Shown here piece by piece: positions 38,726-51,330 of a stretch of DNA of 64,000 nt (position 1 is the stretch's first letter; each line of letters begins with the position of its first letter). Under the pieces are notes generated by a model. It searched no databases and was not told where the DNA came from. It was given only the letters and a program-made list of their open reading frames with translations. Location: NCBI RefSeq assembly GCF_000181795.1, contig NW_003526943.1, positions 7,647,566 through 7,711,565 on the forward strand. The letters run 5' to 3'. This stretch comes from Trichinella spiralis (Eukaryota). The translations under genes and the position numbers were made by a program.

Positions 38726-39928
38726 TTTTCGACGACAAGCACAAATAGTTAAACTGATGAACAAGAACAGGGAAAAGCAACACGCCGATACTGAAACACC
38801 GAAGCGTACAATCGAACCGTACTGCTCGATGGTTGATGCTTAACTGAAATGGAAACCAATGCACCGCATGTACAAATACTATGGCGAAAACAATGACCAC
38901 AGTGACACAGAAATGTGAAACAATGAAAGAAAGGACAACGATCACGGTGACCCAGAGGAACCGAACTGAAACAATGGACTATTTGAGTTCAATGGAGCAG
39001 TACCGACTTAACGGATTTGTGAAAACAAAAATTCCATCATTTCTCTTGACAACTTGATTATCGCTAATCATCTCAATTCGCGTAAGCTTACCCCCTTTCA
39101 AGCAGTACAGCTGAAAGCACGGCAGAACAAGTGACAAGATGAACAAAGGAACGAAAATCCAACGAAAATATAGATGACCTTGTTCACGAGATTATATTAT
39201 TACTTAAAATAACACCTAATTATTATTACAAACGTTGGGGCGAAACGAAAACGAAAGTTCAGAACGATCAATTTAATTACAGTATGACATGGGACATCTT
39301 ATTTGTCAATAAATTGCAACATTTTCTTAATTGTTGAAAATATTTCTTTCGAATAAATTTAAATAATATTCAGAAAATTTAATCATACTTATCTTGTCTG
39401 ACTTCTTCATGTGCAATGTGATGCATTTTTTTACGAAATTATTGCTTGGTATTTATTATATTGGCAAAATAATCTTGCAAATCTCTTTCTTTTCTAAAAA
39501 TATTTCTGGAATAATAATAAATGTAGAGGAATTTCCGGTTTATTATTTCATTTTTGATAAAACTTTTTTTTTGAATTTCACCACTTTATTAAGAAATAAT
39601 ACTTGCGCACTGTAATACAGCATACACTTAATTGTTCAACGTTTGTAAAGGAGATCGGTAGCTGTTGTGACAAACTGCATGCACTTTTTGCTCAGTTAGA
39701 TGGAATACGCGTCAAATAGTTTCTGAGAGCAAAGTTTTATAGAACGGAAAATTTAAAAATTAACTTGGCTCAAAAACGGAGCCACAACGTGAAATTCCTT
39801 TGAATTGAAAAACGTTGAACTTTCTTTTCAACACTCATAACGCTTTGTAGTGAACAAAATTGTTTATTTTCAATAATCAAGCAAAACTTCAAAAATACTT
39901 TCATATTACAAAGATATGCAAAATCATA

Positions 39929-40951
39929 TCACATTCCGGGTGGAATTAAAGTCAAATCTAGAAATTTACGTTTGCCAAAAGATGTCCACCACTGAAAAAA
40001 AATTTTCATTTACGAATTTGAATGAAAAAAAAATTTAGATTTAGTAAAAGATATTTACTTTTAGCGGTTTGTCGGTAGTTGGATCGAACACTTTCTCACA
40101 AAGTCGAACACCCAACTCTTGTCGAAGCTGTTGCAAATAACTTCGTAGAGCTTCTTAAAAAATTTTTAATTGATCAACACAGCTTTGAAAAAAACGGTTG
40201 CCATTGCATTATTACCTTCTTGATCGGCATTGGCAGGCCCTTTGAAATGAGAATTCATAGGAAAACCCTGATCACCGGGTATTGGTATACAACGGTCAAG
40301 AGCAAAAGCGCTCATCTCTTTCAAGCCTTCTGTCTTGCTTGAACACTTTCATTACAAAAAAAATAATATACGGATATGCAAGTATACATTAATGCTTGAG
40401 TTTTACTTTTTGCAAACGTTTCAAACATTCCACTATATAAAGCGTGAGATATATGAGTACACGATCGGCAGCACTCTAAATCATTAAAAACGTTTTCATA
40501 AAATGCAATTAATTCCTCTTTAAATTACGTAAAAAAAGGAATAACAGCAATATTGTGAAATAAACGTCGATAAGAAATACAAAATTTATATTAACAATTA
40601 AATGCAAAAAACCTTAATTTCAAATCGTCGAAAAAACATATTCGCCTTGAAATATTCGAGTACTTCATCGATAATATCTTCACCGTCTTGAAAAGCACAC
40701 GCAAATTAAAAGTACAATAAAACATATTATTAATAATATCCATACCACATTTAGGTGCGGGTCCCCGAAACGATGTTCTCAACGGCAATAACGCCATGTT
40801 GCAAATCTGCATCGTCGATTTATCAAACTTCGAATGGTAAGGCTAAATATGTCAAAATTTGAAATGGTGCGTTTGCATTATCACATACAAACTCTATACA
40901 TAAATGATTCACTCAAAAAATGCTCAGTTAATCATTTCAACTTACCGACAT
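39929..40951 (-). CDS. ARPC3: Arp2/3 complex subunit 3 (p21-Arc)
   Basis: [24 protein letters not shown]|..[41 protein letters not shown]|..[10 protein letters not shown]|..[30 protein letters not shown]; 7 coding exons. Confidence 0.95.
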
Positions 40952-41369
40952 ATTTTATTACAACATGCAACTCATCTAAATTAAGTATAACTTTTACAGT
41001 AGGACAGAAATGAATCAGCAAAACTGAAAGCAGTAAAGTAATATCAGGGTAATTCGTTTATTATCGACAATGATTGTTATATGCTTTTTTTGTAATTTCA
41101 AACACAATTTACATCTGTAAAATTTAGTGTGAAATTTTAATTTCTAACATTTTAAATATTTTCAAAAACTGCTATATCATATTTAAAAAATGTTACTTTT
41201 GCGAATGATACATTTATAACATGTGATTTATTTAAACATTCTTCTGTTTTGATTAACTGAATTCCCGCAATTTTGTATTTTGATAAATCGAATCAAGCTA
41301 TTGATTACCATTATCTCATAAAATGTACTTGTAGGCAGTCTGAAAACAGCCTGTAAAGTATAATTTTCC

Positions 41370-41383
41370 GTTGCCATGGTTAC
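41370..41383. promoter_or_regulatory. X-box (RFX/DAF-19 binding site)
   Basis: GTTGCCATGGTTAC (reverse strand GTAACCATGGCAAC) fits GTHNYY-AT-RRNAAC and lies 20 bp upstream of the IFT172 ATG. Confidence 0.85.
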
Positions 41384-41403
41384 CGTGCGGTAGTCATTTT
41401 CGT

Positions 41404-44400
41404 ATGAGACTCAATTACAGTAAAGAGCTTTTACCTTTCCAGGTTGGAAATTGGATTATTTTAATTTCTTTAAAAAATTTTTCAGTTTTTCTCATTTTCT
41501 ATTTAGGAAAAATATTGCCCGGTTCAAGCGATTGCCTGGTCACCCAATGGCCATCGTTTGGCGGTTGGCACGGCTGAAAATTCTGTAATACTATTCGACG
41601 AGTCAGGGGAACGAAAAGATAAATTCAATGCCAAATCTGCCGATGCAAAAGTAAGCTCATATATTTTGCTTGTCAAAAAAATTGTTTTTTACAATTTAGT
41701 TGTTGAACCAATTAAAATTATTTTATGAAAAAGGCTGAAATTGTATTTTATGAAGTAAATGATGTGGCATTTATAAATTGAAATACTGAATATTGTACTG
41801 TTAATTGTATCAAGTTAAAAAAATGTGAATAGTGAATTACGCTCTAACTTTCGAATTTTAGAGTTTATAAAGTTTGAACTGTTGTAAATATTGCTTGCAT
41901 AAGTATTTGTCAGATGTAAGAAAATGACATGCGAAAAATTTATTGACGGAAGTGGGATTCGAACCCACGCCTACGTATGTAGACTGCGACCTTAACGCAG
42001 CGCCTTAGACCACTCGGCCATCCCGTCTTGTTGGATAGCTTCTCAAAAATTTATAAATAGTACAGCAGTGCTGAACGAATGTAAAACAATTTTTGAATTT
42101 GTTTTATTTTGAAATATAATTTTATCCGCTCTTAATGAACGTAAAAAGACTCGTATTAATCGATATTTGTCATTGTATAGTTGAAATAAATTATTAAACT
42201 TCATATTCTAAAGTGAAGTATTTACCTGTGCATATTTGGAAAGTGCTGTTAGATGATGTTAATGTTAAAATAAGATTTGCAGGCAAACAGAGGAAGCTAT
42301 TTAGTGAAATCACTGGCATTTTCTCCGGATTCGACGAAACTCGCCCTTGGCCAAACGGATAATTCAGTATTTATTTACAAATTGGGCTTGAAATGGTAAG
42401 CTTTGTTTAATTTAATTCATTTTTTTATTTTCAATTTTCAGGACCGATAAGAAGATCATTTGTAATAAATTTGTTTTGAAATCACCAGTCGCCTGCTTGA
42501 TATGGGTAGCTGAGCAGAAACTTATCATTGGAACTTTTGATGGAAGAGTAAAAAATTTAAATAAATTTATTATTTAAAGTGCTTGAATAGAAAAATAAGA
42601 TAATACTTATTTCAGATTCGTTTGGCAAATCCCAAAACGAACAAAGTATCTACAATTTTTAACAACAACGTCACAGTTGTTTCGTTGGCATACAACAACA
42701 GGTTTCGTTATAATTTAAACTGGATCTCAGATTTATTTTATTGAAATGCTTTTCATATTTAATTTAATCTTCAGCATGTGATAAATAATATTTTGAAATT
42801 CAATTGATTTTTAGTAACAATGGCGAATTATTTTTTTCCGGTCATATTGACGGTCTTGTATTGATGCACACGTGCGTTCAAGGCTCTAATTGGACATGGA
42901 AGGTAGTTTTGAAAAGTTGGGAAAATATTAAAATAAACGTATGCATGAGGACATTGCAGAAATTTTTTCGACACTCCACAGCGCCGTATGTTTTAATAGC
43001 GGCTCAGAATACACTGCTGGCTGCAGGATGCGATCGACGTGTTTTAATTTACGATCGCAATGGTGACAATTTACAACAATTCGACTACAGTAATGACAAA
43101 GAAGATCGTGAAATCAACACTGGTGCTGCAAATCCTGGAAGTCAATCAATTGCAATGGGCAGTTTTGACAAGTGAAACAAATTTTGAAATTAATATTCAA
43201 AAAATACACATACACACATATATATTTTTTTTTCAATTTTCATTTCAGAATTCGTATATTTGATTGGAATAATCGAAAATCTGGATGGATTGAAGGGGAA
43301 ATAATTTCCTTGACCAACTTTTACACGATAACTGCTTTGTGCTGGAAACCAGATGGTTCCAAGCTTGTTGTTGTAATGCTTGTTATTTAAATTGGACATA
43401 ATGTAGATCATTATTATTCTTTAAAAGAAATATATATTTATTTTCAAGGGTAGCTTGACTGGAACAGTGGGATGCTTGGATTGTTGTCTCAAACGATTGT
43501 CGATTGGAAAAAAGTTCAAAGTATCATTTATTAGTTCAAATCAGGTAATATTGAAAAAAAATTGTTCATAATTGATCAGATCAATGCAAGCTGCCGTTTC
43601 CAATAAAATGAACAATTTTCAAAGATTGATTGCTTTCATCAGGTGCTGGTGAAGAATCGAGCCAACAATGAGCACATCTTACTTCGATCAAAGTATGATT
43701 GTGAAATTACGGACGTGAAAGTTTTCGGCAACGATCGTTTCGTTGTTGCCAAATCGAACAGTTCACTGCTTGTGGCGGATTTTTTCAAAAATAAATACAG
43801 CGAGGTAAATATTAAAATTATCGCCAAACCAAGAGCCAATCGTAATAATAAATATTTTCAGGTACGATGGCAGTCGGCAGGAAATGAAAAATATTATTTC
43901 GAATTTGAAAATGTAATTCTACTTTTACAAATTTTGAGACTCCTTTTTTGTTTTAAATATATTTTCTTCGTGCATTCACCTATATCGTTATATAAATTCA
44001 CCAGGTGTGCGTATTTTTCAGGTATGTTTGGTTTTCAATGCCGGAGAGGTGATTCTCATTGAATACGGTATTGATTCTGTACTCTTTTCTGTAAAAATGA
44101 CTAAAATCAATCCGTGCATAATAAGGTAAAGTTGATGATTGTTTGTTTGTTTGTTTGTTTTGATACATGTTTTGAGATAAAATCAAATACCACAAGCAAA
44201 CAACAATAATTACTACAAAACGCAAAAAATTGAAATTTGATTTTCACGAACAAAAATTATTTATTTTAGCGTTCGTGTCAATGAACGAAAAGGAAAATCT
44301 GTTGACAATGTAAAAGCGATTGCTTATCTTTTGAATTTTAGAAACATCGTTGTTGGTAATTTATTTAGAAAAAAAAGACGAAAATTTCATTTCTTAATAT

Positions 44401-47400
44401 TAAACATTTTTCTGCTTTAGTGGATTTACTAACGAAAACTCAAATTGCCAATATTATGCACGATTCAAAAATCGACTGGTTGGAAGTGAGTAATTTTTGC
44501 TTTGAAGTTGTCAAAATTTGAAATTTTATTATTCTGTAATGTAAATTTTATAATAATAATAATGATGATTTTCAAGATGATATTTTTCACATAGAATCTT
44601 GTAATGTTATTGAAATAAAATTCATTGGCTTTATTCAGTTGAACGAAACGTGCAAGTTTCTGATTTGGCGTGACCGAAGAGCGAGATTGTATTTGTATGA
44701 TTTCAAAAAGCGGACGCAAGTGAATTTGCTCAACAGTTGCGCTTTTGTGCAAGTAAATTTTGAAATTTTGAAATTTGGGAAAATTGTATGAGTCGATCAA
44801 TTTAGTGGGTTCCTGGAAGCGACGTAATAGTTGCTCAAGCATTGCAAAATTTGTGCGTATGGTATGATGTCACTGCAACTCTGAATCCCAAAATGGAACC
44901 GATCAAAGTATGCATGCATTTGGGAAACATTTTAAGCTACATTCAACAAATCTCGTTGCTTAGGGAGAAATAGTGCAAATTTATCGTCACGAAGGAAAAA
45001 CCAATGTAGTCGTTGAACTTGGAAATGAAGTGAACTATCATCCGTTGGATGAAAATTTGATTGAATTCACCACAGCATTAGAAGACAGAAATTTGCAAAG
45101 GTTCGTTTCATACATTTATATCCATTTATACAAAATGCAATTCTTTTTTTAGATTAACCGTTTAATATTAATTATTCTCTTTAATTTTAGGGCCGTTGAA
45201 TATTTGGAAACACTAACCTCGAGCTTTGAGTGTACCTCTATGTGGAAGCAGTTGGCAGATGTAGCGGTGCAGATGAATGATTTCTCTGTTGCTCAAAAGT
45301 GATTAGTGTTTTTTGTTTGAAAGGTTTTATTTAACATCCCATATGGTAGGTGTTTTGCTGCTGTTGTTGATATTCCTCGGCTACAATTCATCACACATAC
45401 AAGAAATATGGCGAACAAAGAGGAAGATGAAACGAAGGTTTTTTTTTGTTAATTATTCAAATCAATGTTATTTGCTTGAGTATAAATTCGATTGATCGAT
45501 ATTTAGAATTATCAGATCGAAGCTAGAATGGCACTGATGCAGCATGATTTTGGAAAAGTTGCAAACATTTATTTGGAACATGTATTTATCGTTTTTTACT
45601 TTTTACAAATCAAATTGCACAATTTGACTTTTAGAATGCAATCAAAGAAGCAGTAGAGTTGTTCACTTCGTTGTATAAATGGGAAGAAGCCATTCAGCTT
45701 GCCGAAAGCAATGTAAGCTATTTTAGTCTATTTTGAAAATGAATTTTAGTAAATTTTATTATTCATTTTTCTAGGGTTATCCAGAATTGGAAAATTTGAA
45801 ACAACAATATTTTGATTATCTAATAAATACTGGGCAGTTGGAAGAAGCAGCTAAAGTATGGAAACTGTTTGAACTTGTTCTTCATTTTAAATTATACTTT
45901 GTTAATGAAAATTTTAGATTAAACTGAATGAAAAGCAATATGAATATGCCATAGAACTTTATTTAAAATCCGGATCACCTCAAAGTGCATTGAAAATTAT
46001 ACTTCACAACAAGGTATATAAAGTACAATATTCAAAAATTATAATTGTACATAAAATAAATAATGTATTAACATTTTTATTGATCTTGAAAAAAGTATGA
46101 AATTGAGAGTGACTGATAGTGAGGTTTTTTAATAATCTTTATTCGACAGACAGTCTGTGAAATTGAAAATTAAAAAAAGTAGTTGTTGAATTTTGATGGA
46201 AATTGTTTCACGCTTAAAAATTATTTTCTTATGATAATAAAGATCGGTTTTTTTCACAACTAAAATGATGTTTGAAATTTTCAGTTTTTGTTAGAAAATG
46301 ATGCCATCGTTCAAACTGTTGCAGTAGCTCTTATAAAAAGAGAAATGTATGAACAGGTAACACTTATTTTTAATGGAGAAATTAATATTCAGATATAATA
46401 CTGAATATTGTAACTATATAAATTTATTTTATTATTACTCTAATGAACACTTATTGAATATTAGATGTATACATTGATTAATTTTGTATAAATTTGGCAA
46501 TTGTAAATGAACGTTTAGGCTGGATATTTGTTTGAAAATACGAAAGATACAAATCGTGCATTGGAATGTTATCGAAAATCAAACACTTTCGACAGGGGTA
46601 TTTTATTAAAAAAAATATTTTTCTTGTTATGCTTTAATGATTTATTTTTTTCTAGCTGTGGAATTATGCAGAATGATAAAGCCTGAAGAAGTGGTCATTT
46701 TGGAGGAACAGTGGGGTGACTACTTGGTGAAACTAAACCAAAATTATTCCGCTGTCAATCATTACATAGGTAAATATGGGGAATGCAGTATTTTCAAGAG
46801 CAGTGTACAAATTGGCTGTATATTTTAGAAAGTGGCAAAACATTGAAAGCATTAGAAGCATCAATCAAATCTGAACAGTGGAGTCGAGCTGTAGAAATTT
46901 GTGAAGCTGTTGAGCAATCTAGAGATGCACAACAGTACTTTCACGCTATTGCAGAATATTTGGCATCAAATGGAGATTATAAAGTATTGTTTCAGTTAAA
47001 AATTAAAAATAATAGCATTTACACGTTTTCGTGTTTTGAAGATGGCAGAAAAATTTTACTGTATGGCTGGCTTACAGAAAATTGCCGTTTCTATGTACAA
47101 CAAAGCGAAGCGTTACGATGACGGATATCGGGTAGGGAAATGCAGTTGTATCTTTTACTGCAATGCAGCTACTGATTATTTTCATTTGTAAATTCGATTG
47201 AAGATAGCCGTTAAATGCATGGATGAGGACGAGGTCAATGAAGTCTATCTGAAAGAGGCTCAGGATTTGGAAAAACGAGGTCTGCTTCGAGACGCTGAAC
47301 GACTGTATTGTGCGATCGAACAACCGAACCGAGCAATATCCATGTACAAGCAAGCTGGCCAACATGAACAAATGATGCGTCTCATAGAACAATATCACTC

Positions 47401-50400
47401 AGATCATCTGGATAAAGCACACAACCATTTAGCCCAGGAACTTCAAGAGGAAGAAAAGTACAAAGAGGCTGAAATTCATTATTTAACTGCTGGCAATTGG
47501 AAACAGGCCGTAAAAATGTACAAGTCGGTTTCCAATTGGGAAGATGCGTATCGAGTGAGATTTTTGCTTTATTTGTTGTTTTCCAATATTGCTTATTTCA
47601 CATATATTTGTTTTTGTACAATAAGGTAGCCAAACAATATGGTAAAGAAGAAGGAGCGGCGAACGTTGCTTACTTATGGGCAGAGGCGGTAAAAGGTGAA
47701 TCTGCAGTTCGTCTGCTGCAGAAATTGAACATGCTCGAAAGGGTGATTGATATTGCCTGTGAAAAGAATAATTTCGATTTTGCGGCCGAACTTTGTCGTC
47801 TCGGCTTGAAATCCAAGCTGAACTATGTCTACATGAAGCAGGCATTTCGATTTGAAGAACTCAACAATTTGGAAATGGCTGAACAAGCTTTCATTAAAGC
47901 GAATATGCCCAAAGAAGCTGTTCTCATGTTAGTATTTTATTTGTTGAACAGATTTTCAAAGAAATACAATTTATGAATATTTCAATTTTTGGTTTAGGTA
48001 TGTTCAACACCAAGACTGGAACAGTGCAAGTCGCGTAGCTGAGCAACACTGCCCTGAAGCAAGCGCTGAAATATATATTGGTCAGGCTCGATCGGCATTT
48101 CAAAAGGGTGACTTTGCCAAAGGAGAAACATATCTTCTGAGAGCTGGAAAACCTGAATTGCTCATTCGAACATATCAGGTAATTTATTTATTTAAATTTT
48201 TAATTTTTAGTGATTAATTTGTTGTGATTTTGCATATGATGCTGTTTGAATAGATCAGTATGAATAAGGTTGTTTCGACATTATCAGATTATGATTTCAT
48301 TGTGAACTGTTTTTCAAAAATAACTTTTAACAGATCAAAATTGAAATATTATCCAATTAAATGATGAAAATACTTTGAACGGCTGATCTGTATATGTTTG
48401 AACATAAATCAAATGAACGTGACAAATTTAGGAAATGAATCTTTGGTCAGAAGCACTTCGTGCTTGCCGTGAGTTTCTTCCTGAACAGTTGCAAATTTTG
48501 CAACAAGAATACGAAAAGCACTACAATGACGATAGTATAAAGTATGAAAATATTTAATTTTATCAAAAATGAAATTTTAATTTCAACATTTTGAAGAAAT
48601 ATCGAGATGTTGGTACGTCAGGCTAATGAACTGGAAAAAAAAGGAGAACACGAACGCGCTGTGCATTGCTATTTAAAAATTTCCCGAGCTGTAACTGACG
48701 ACGAATTTCTGCTTGAGAAATATTGGCTCCGAGTAAGTTTTATCATAGAATAAATATTTATTTTGCAACTGTTTTTTTGTTCTTTATTTCAAACGTATCA
48801 TTACAATATAACGATCAATTAATGTAAAATGCATTTTTTAAAAATTTATTTCAGGCAGCTGAAATTGTTCAAAAATTTTTGGATTTCAACAGTGAATTGT
48901 TAGCAGAGATTGCCGCTTCACTGGCAAGTATTAAACGTTATAAAAAAGTAAGCTAACCATTAAACAATAGAAAAAATTATGATTTGTTTCATTTAAATTT
49001 ATGATCAAATGTTTATGTTCTGGGATGAGACATATTTGAATAAAAAGTGTACATTGTAGGCAGCGGAATTGTACTTGGAATGTGATGAACCGAAAGAAGC
49101 AATTGATTGTATGATAAGTGATTTGAAATGGGATGATGCAAGAAAAATTGCCGCTGACCTGGCTCCTGAATTAATTAATTATATCAACCTCAGATATAAA
49201 GATTATTTGCTGCGGGAGGGATGTCAAGATGAGGTAATTATCACGAAGGACAAGTTCATCATTTTTAAATATTTATCATTGCAGTTGGCTGATTTTGATA
49301 TTAATTGTGCCGCAGAAGTGTTGAACAGTCAAGGTGAATTCAAGAAAGCAATTCAGTTGGCTAAACAGCGCAATGTAAATTTTATTTTATTTCATGAGAA
49401 AAATTTGTGTTTGAAAAAAAATTTTTTTTTCTGAAGAATACTCCACTGTTAGAAAAATACTTGGTACTTCATTTTTCTGAACTGATCGAGGATAGAAGGT
49501 TCCAAGAAGCGGTTGAAGTTTTGCATGAAAATTTTGAAATTCACGTTGATCAGGTAAGCTAAAATAGTGGATATTGTTCTGTGATTTTTCGGATGTACAC
49601 TATTGACGTTGCCTGAATTGAAACACAAATTTCAGATGCTACCATTGGTGAACAGACTGATCGACTGTTTTTTGTCAGAAAAAGAACACAGTAAATATTT
49701 CGACTATTGGACAACAGCGTCCTTGCGAAATTTGATGAACGACTTTGTAAAGAAATTTTCATTGAATACAAAAAACTTCAAAATTGTTACTGCTATTTTC
49801 AGAACAAAAAATTGAGAACTTCGTCATCAATTGATGAGTCAAAATTGGAACGATTTGAACGTGTATTGGATATTGTCCATTATTATGCAAATCGTGCAGT
49901 GCTGATGCAGGAAACTGTGGACAGCGATTTAATACTAATGGCTGCAAAAATCAGCTTCAGCTTACTTCGCTATAGTGATATATTGCCCGTTGAAAAGGCA
50001 TTTTACGAAGCTGCAAATGCTGCAAAAGTAATAATAGAAATGAATTCTCTATTTACGGAATCGTTGAAACTATCTGAAATGGTTTTTCTTTAATGCAGAA
50101 AGCTGGTAAACGGTATGAGAACCTTGCATTTCTGCTTTACAACCATTACATGGATATCTGTGATGTAAGATGAGCAAAAAGAAGTACAACTAAAAGTGAT
50201 TGGAGGATGTGAAAATTTTTAGGCAATTGATGAAAACAACCCTGAACTCGTTGATTATTCTGATTTTGATAAGACAGATATCCCTCTGTACGTTTCGTTG
50301 CCAACAGTGCGGTATACAACGGTGAATATGGACTAAATTGAATACTGTTGAATTTTGTTGATAAATAAATAAATAAATAATTAATTAATTATAAATATAT

Positions 50401-50843
50401 GATTTCAAGGATGCGGAATACGAAGAAGTGAAAGAGTGGGTTCTAGCGGCCAGTGTTGACAAAGAAATCAGACGTTCTTTTCCAACAGATGATCGAGGAA
50501 TATATGAAGCTTGTTTACTAAATCCGGATGGTTCGATTGCAGAACCGTGCATTCTCACCGGTTGAAAAATATTAGAATGTTAAATGAAAATGATGAATTA
50601 ATATTTAATTATTTAAAAGCATTTCAGGATATCCAGTAATTGGTCCAAAGAAAACATTCGAAAGAGCTTCTTTCTGTGCAAACAAAAGCGATTGGAATAC
50701 TTTGATCATAGCAAGCCGAGTATGTTTGCAATTTTCAAATTTGTCATTTTTAATTTTTATGAAATTGAAAAAAAACTTTTTTTCAGATGCGTCAATTGAA
50801 GGAGATGGAAGATGTCATCGCTTATATAGAAAACTGGAGTTGA
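41404..50843 (+). CDS. IFT172: Intraflagellar transport protein 172 (OSM-1); WD40 plus TPR-like repeats, roughly 40 exons
   Basis: MRLNYSKELLPFQ|..AIAWSPNGHRLAV..ILFDESGERKDKFNAK|..YLVKSLAFSPDSTKLALGQTDNSVFIYKLG..DKKIICNKF; NFYTITALCWKPDGSKL; SLLRYSDILPVEKAFYEA; DYSDFDKTDIP; EYEEVKEWVLA; PCILTGYPV; stop at 50841-50843. Confidence 0.95.
41944..42027 (-). tRNA. tRNA-Leu (anticodon AAG), inside IFT172 intron 2 on the opposite strand
   Basis: Full cloverleaf: acceptor GACGGGA/TTCCGTC, TGGCCGAGTGGTCTAAGGC, anticodon arm CTGCG-TTAAGGT-CGCAG, long variable arm, GTGGG-TTCGAAT-CCCAC, discriminator A, T5 terminator at 41934-41938. Confidence 0.95.
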
Positions 50844-51330
50844 TCAAGTGTTCATTGAATAATAACAATAATAATTCTGGGCAGTGTTTTGCGTTTTTGT
50901 TTGAAATTTCAAATATTTGCATATTATTTTTTTACATCAAATTGATATTGAATTGTTGTTGTTGTTGTTGTATTGTGAGCATGTCTTGTCTTTGTTATCT
51001 TAAATAGGCTAAAATAAAATTACAATTATTAAGAAATGTCTGTTGTTTAGTAAAAATTTTCATTTTGAATTCGATTAACTTGCAAATTTCATTTGCTACA
51101 GTATAGCAATAAATGTAAAATGATGCCAAATATTTCAACAACATTTATTACCAAATGCAAAGCACAAAAAGTACAACAAACAGCGCAAAATAATTAACCT
51201 TGGATATATAATTGATTTTCATCCTCTCATTATAAAGAATACTACTCGTCAAGATGTACATGCTTGGAAATTGATGCTGATCACCTACCTATTCAGGTGT
51301 GAAAAAAAAATTATTTCAAATTAAAAAACT

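Noticed and set aside
36690..38752. Several long plus-strand ORFs
   Set aside because: Antisense to the GC-richer PPM1D exons, with no recognisable motifs.
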